From Octopus vulgaris (lineage: Eukaryota): a stretch of DNA of 64,000 bases. Shown piece after piece: positions 59,717-64,000 of this stretch. Location: the NCBI GenBank assembly GCA_951406725.2, contig OX597825.1, positions 46,810,001-46,874,000 on the forward strand. Direction: 5' to 3'. The translations under genes were made by a program, and so were the position numbers. Under the pieces are notes generated by a model that saw only the letters and a list, made by a program, of their open reading frames with translations, made no database searches and was not told the origin of the DNA. Position 1 is the stretch's first letter; every line of letters starts with the position of its first letter.

Positions 59717-62638
59717 ACTGAGAAAAAAAATCGCCTGTTTTTTATTAACGACCAAGCGACGGGCATCCGCTATCTCGTGGATACAGGAGCCCAGGTTTGT
59801 GTTATTCCTGTTTCACTAGTCTTGGGCAAACGACATCCAACACCGTCCTTTCTGCAGGCAGTGAACCGATCGTCGATTCTGACTTTCGGTGAGAAATCAC
59901 TGACCCTGAATCTAGGCCTGAGGTGTCGTTTCCAGTTCATCTTCGTCGTGGCAGACCTACCGACCCCTATCTTAGGAACCGATTTTCTCCACTACTTCAA
60001 CCTTCTGGTGGACATGAAGAACCGGAGGCTTATTGACACCACCACAAACCTCACTGTGAGAGGTATATTTACCACGCAACCGACAGTGAGCCCTGTAATC
60101 TGTCAGTTAGAGCCTTCGCGTTACAACAGCATTCTCCAGAAATGCCCGGTATGTAAAGATGGACCCATTAAACATCGTGTCACACATCACATCGAGACAC
60201 GAGGACCACCCACAGCTTCCCGACCAAGGAGACTACCTCCATACCGATTGCGAATCGCCAAACAGGAATTTCAGCATATGCTGGACCTTGGAATCATTCG
60301 CCCTTCCTCCAGCAACTGGTCTGCACCTCTACACCTTGTTCCCCAAAAAACAGAGAACGACTGGCGACCATGTGGGGATTATCGTGCACTCAACAATACC
60401 ACAGTGCCCGATAATTACCCTGTACCTCACTTGCACGATTTTTCTGCCTCTCTGCAAGGCGCACGCATCTTTTCTAAGATAGATTTGGTGCGGGCATATA
60501 ACCAGATACCTGTGGAGCCTGCTGATATTCCAAAGACGGCAATCACAACACCGTTCGGTTTATTCGAATTCCTGTGAATGCCGTTCGGTCTGCGCAACGC
60601 TGCACAAACTTTTCAACGGTTCATTGACACCGTATTGACACCTACCTTTTGTGTACGCGTATATCAACGATGTACTAGTAGCAAGTACTTCTGAGCAAGA
60701 ACACGAGAAGCACTTGGATCTTCTGTTCCAACGTTTGGCCGAGTACGGCATCATCATCAATCCAAGCAAGTGCGTTCTCGGCGTTCCTTCACTGTCCTTT
60801 CTCGGGCACATGATTGATAAAGACGGTATTCGTCCACGTCCTGACGCTATCCGCAATTTTCCAGCACCTACATCACTTCGGAAACTACATGAATTCCTCG
60901 GTTTGGTTAATTTTTATAGGCGTTTCATCCCTCATTGTGCTGACGCAGCCCGACTCCTCACGGACCTTCTTCGTAACCGGACTCGGAAAAATGAAGACAT
61001 AACGTTGAACGAGGAAGAATTAACATCTTTCAACGGTCTGAAAGAAATGCTGGCAAACGCTTTCATGCTCGTTTTCCCCAGGTCTGGCACTCCTCTTTCG
61101 CTGCTAGTGGACGCATCAGACATGGGGGTTGGAGGCGTTTTGCAACAATATGTCGACGGCGTTTGGCAACCCCTATCCTTCTTTTCTAAACGGTTGCAAC
61201 CCACTGAAACCAAATATAGTACGTTCGGCCGTGAACTCTTGGCAACCTACCTTCCAGTGAAGCATTTTCGTCACATGCTCGAAGGATCGGATTTCGTGAT
61301 CTACACAGACCATAAACCACTAGTTTATGCGTGCCGTACCAAACCGGAATGACATTCACCGAGAGAACTTCGCCACTTGGACTTTGTCTCCCAATATTCA
61401 ACCGATATTCGGTATATCAAGGGATCAGACAACGTAGCAGCTGACGCTCTGTCCCGAATCCAGCTGAACGCACTACATGTGGATTCAGGCATCGACCTTC
61501 ATCAAATTGCAGCTGACCAAGAGACTGAGGAAGAGTTTATCAAACTCCGAGATTCGCCATCCCTCAAGTTTCAGCAAGTTCCCATTTCTTCTTCTCCGGG
61601 ACAAATTTGGTGCGACATTTCTACTGGTCATGAATGACCGTACGTACCACAGATGCATCGACAACATGTTTTTTCTGCATTACACTGTTTGTCTCACCCG
61701 GGAATCCGGGCTACACAGAAACTCATTTCTGCTCGTTTTGTGTGGACCAACATTAACAAGGACGTGCGCAACTGGTCCAGGAGCTGCATTGCCTGCCAGA
61801 AAGCCAAAGTCCACAGACACATCAAAACGCCACTCGGCACATTCGCGCAACCTAATGCACGTTTTCAGCATGTGCATATCGACATCGTCGGACCTTCACC
61901 ATCATCATAGAACTGCACTCACTTGCTCACCTGCATTGATCGTTTTTCCCGTTGGCCTGAGGCTTTTCCTATCAGTGATACCTCAGCGGAAACAGTGGCT
62001 AAACTTTGGTTTTACACTGGGTATCACGTTATGGCGCCCCAGCGAATATAACAACGGACAGAGGACGCCAATTTGATTCCCATCTCTTCAGGGAACTGAC
62101 TCATCTGTTAGGATGTAAACACATCCGCACAACAGCTTATCACCCGCAAGCTAATGGTCTTGTGGAAAGATTTCATCGTCAATTGAAAGCTGCAATAAAG
62201 GCGTACCCAGACAAGACCCACTGGTTTGAATACCTGCCACTCATCCTTCTTGGCATCCGTTCCACCGTTAAGGAACAATTCGGACACACACCTGCAGAAT
62301 TAGTGTACGGCACCACCCTGGTTCTACCTGGTCAGATTGTTGCTCCCATCTCTCCTCAGGACGTTCCAGACTCAGGATCATACGTACACCGACTTCGTCA
62401 ATACATGTCTCACCTTGCCCCTGCGAGCACCCGTCAACAGAACACGAACACACATGTACCTGCAGACATTAGCGATTGGACGCACGTTTTTCTTAGAAAT
62501 GACACCATCTCCACTAATCTTCAACCTCCATATTCTGGCCCTTACCGTGTTCTAGAAACACACCCAAAATATTTTGTCATCGATCAAAATGGTAAACAGA
62601 ATTCTGTCAGTGTGGACAGATTAAAAAAGCCATCATAA
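59672..62638 (+). pseudogene. pol: Gypsy pol (protease, RT, RNase H, integrase), disrupted
   Basis: LVDTGAQ; [11 protein letters not shown]; [27 protein letters not shown]; AYINDVLV; VDASD..YSTFGRELLA..TDHKPL; HPG..C..C; HIDIVG; TDRGRQF; [14 protein letters not shown]; SGPY. Confidence 0.93.
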
Positions 62639-62842
62639 CAGTCCTTTTTAGGACTATTCTTGGATCGGATCTAATTGCGATAACCGTCCTTTTAAGGGCT
62701 ACCCTCGAATGCGATAACAGTCCTTTTTAGAACTACTCTCAGATCAGACCAGAAGTAGTGGCCAAGAATCATACCCGCTACATATATATTGCGAAGACGC
62801 ATAGCTTAGTGGATAGGATGTTGCACTCGTAGCTTCGATTTC

Positions 62843-63245
62843 CAGGAGTGGCTGTGTGATAAGTAGCTTGCTAACCAACCATATGGTTCCGGATTCAGTC
62901 CTACGGCGTGGCACCTTGGGCGAGTGTCTTCTACTATAGCCTCGGGCCGACCAAAGTCTTGTGAGTGGATATGGTAGATGGTAACTGAAAGAAGCCCGTG
63001 TGTGTGTTTGTGTGTGTCTGTGTGTATATATGATTGTGTGTCTGTATTTGTCTCCCCACCATCGCTTGACAACCGATGCTGGTGTGTGTATTTCGCCGTT
63101 ACTTAGCTTGTTCGGTAAAAGAGACCGATAGAATAAATACTAGGCTTACAAAGAATGAGTCCTGGGATCGATTTGATCGACTAAAGGTGGTGCTGCAGCA
63201 TAGCCGCAGTCAAATCACTGAAACAAGTAAAAGAATAACAGAAAG
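62843..63245 (+). mobile_element. SINE family A
   Basis: Homologous to 51421-51825, including the tail. Confidence 0.85.
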
Positions 63246-63474
63246 AAAAGCACTTCATTTCATGTTGCTCTGCGATCATTTCCTTTCCTTATCCAACATG
63301 TGGCACATGGTGCACTTGTACAGGTAAAGTCGATTTGATAGAGGGAGTGGGAGTAGGCTTATGTGTACACAAACATTTGACCACTATAAACAACTCATTT
63401 GTGTGGTTGTGCGGCAAGAAATTGCCGAACTCTCATACGTTGTCTAACGACGGGAGAGTCCATGGTATATATAA

Positions 63475-63505
<31 letters not shown>

Positions 63506-63534
63506 TATATTTTTTTTATTTATTATATAGAAGG

Positions 63535-63585
63535 AGCTTCTACAGGACTAGTACTGTTTCATTCAAGAGAAATCTTCAGGAAGCT
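63535..63585 (-). ncRNA. Type I hammerhead ribozyme motif (same family as 51830-51880)
   Basis: AGCTTC-CTGAAGA-TTTCTCTTGAAT-GAAA-CAGTACTAGTCCTG-TA-GAAGCT. The upstream flank 63586-63705 is homologous to 51275-51415. Confidence 0.72.
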
Positions 63586-64000
63586 ATTTAACAAGAATTG
63601 TATTAGCATTTATACATTTAGGCAGGTTTAAAGGAGTGGTGGTGGGGGACTTTTTTGGGGGTAGGCATAGCGCAAAATATCATACTTGGGGGAGTGGTCA
63701 AGGAGTCAGTGGTAAGTTAGATGAAAGAATAGATAAATAAAAAAATAAAAAAATAAAATAATAAAATAAAAAAAATATAATAATAAAATAAAAAAATAAA
63801 ATAAAAAAATAAAAAAATAAAAAAATATAAAAATAAAAAAATAAAAAATATATATAAAAAATATATATATAAAAAATATATATATAAAAAAAGGGGGGAT
63901 AGAGTTATAGGTAAATAAGGAGATTCTCACTTATACCTATACACATATGTATACGTATCTACACACATATATATACTCATATATATACAGTATATATATA

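Larger units (their letters stand above)
58901..62782 (+). mobile_element. Ty3/Gypsy LTR retrotransposon, CsRn1-type, doubly deleted
   Basis: TGT..ACA ends with TATA flanks. Gag [17 protein letters not shown] (CHCC motif). Shared LTR segment at 59374-59490 and 62635-62751. Domain order PR-RT-RH-IN. Confidence 0.85.

Overview
Eukaryotic, repeat-dominated, AT-rich window. No intact host protein-coding gene is recognisable. The tRNA-derived SINE families, microsatellite load and TE mix look like an octopus/coleoid cephalopod genome; this is inference from recalled repeat families, not a search. Most of the window is nested, decayed transposable elements. Non-LTR elements: CR1/L2-group, RTE, three Tx1/L1-clade copies, HERO-like and Dong/R4-like RLE LINEs. 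Penelope-like elements: one near-complete copy plus remnants. DNA transposons: five mariners (three from one family), two Tigger/pogo remnants and a precisely inserted, internally deleted Helitron. There is also a CsRn1-type Gypsy element and three SINE families. The most interesting signals are non-coding: (1) several unrelated type I hammerhead-ribozyme motifs on both strands; (2) a SINE whose 3' 40 nt match the 3' end of a Tx1/L1-clade LINE, with a covarying terminal hairpin; (3) the same HERO-3'-end/SINE-head junction seen twice; (4) an in-frame N-terminus/C-terminus fusion ORF in the Helitron; (5) a -1 frameshift signal at the gag/pol junction; (6) a G:U-rich pre-miRNA-like hairpin in unique sequence. 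All calls were made by eye. Coordinates of decayed elements are approximate.
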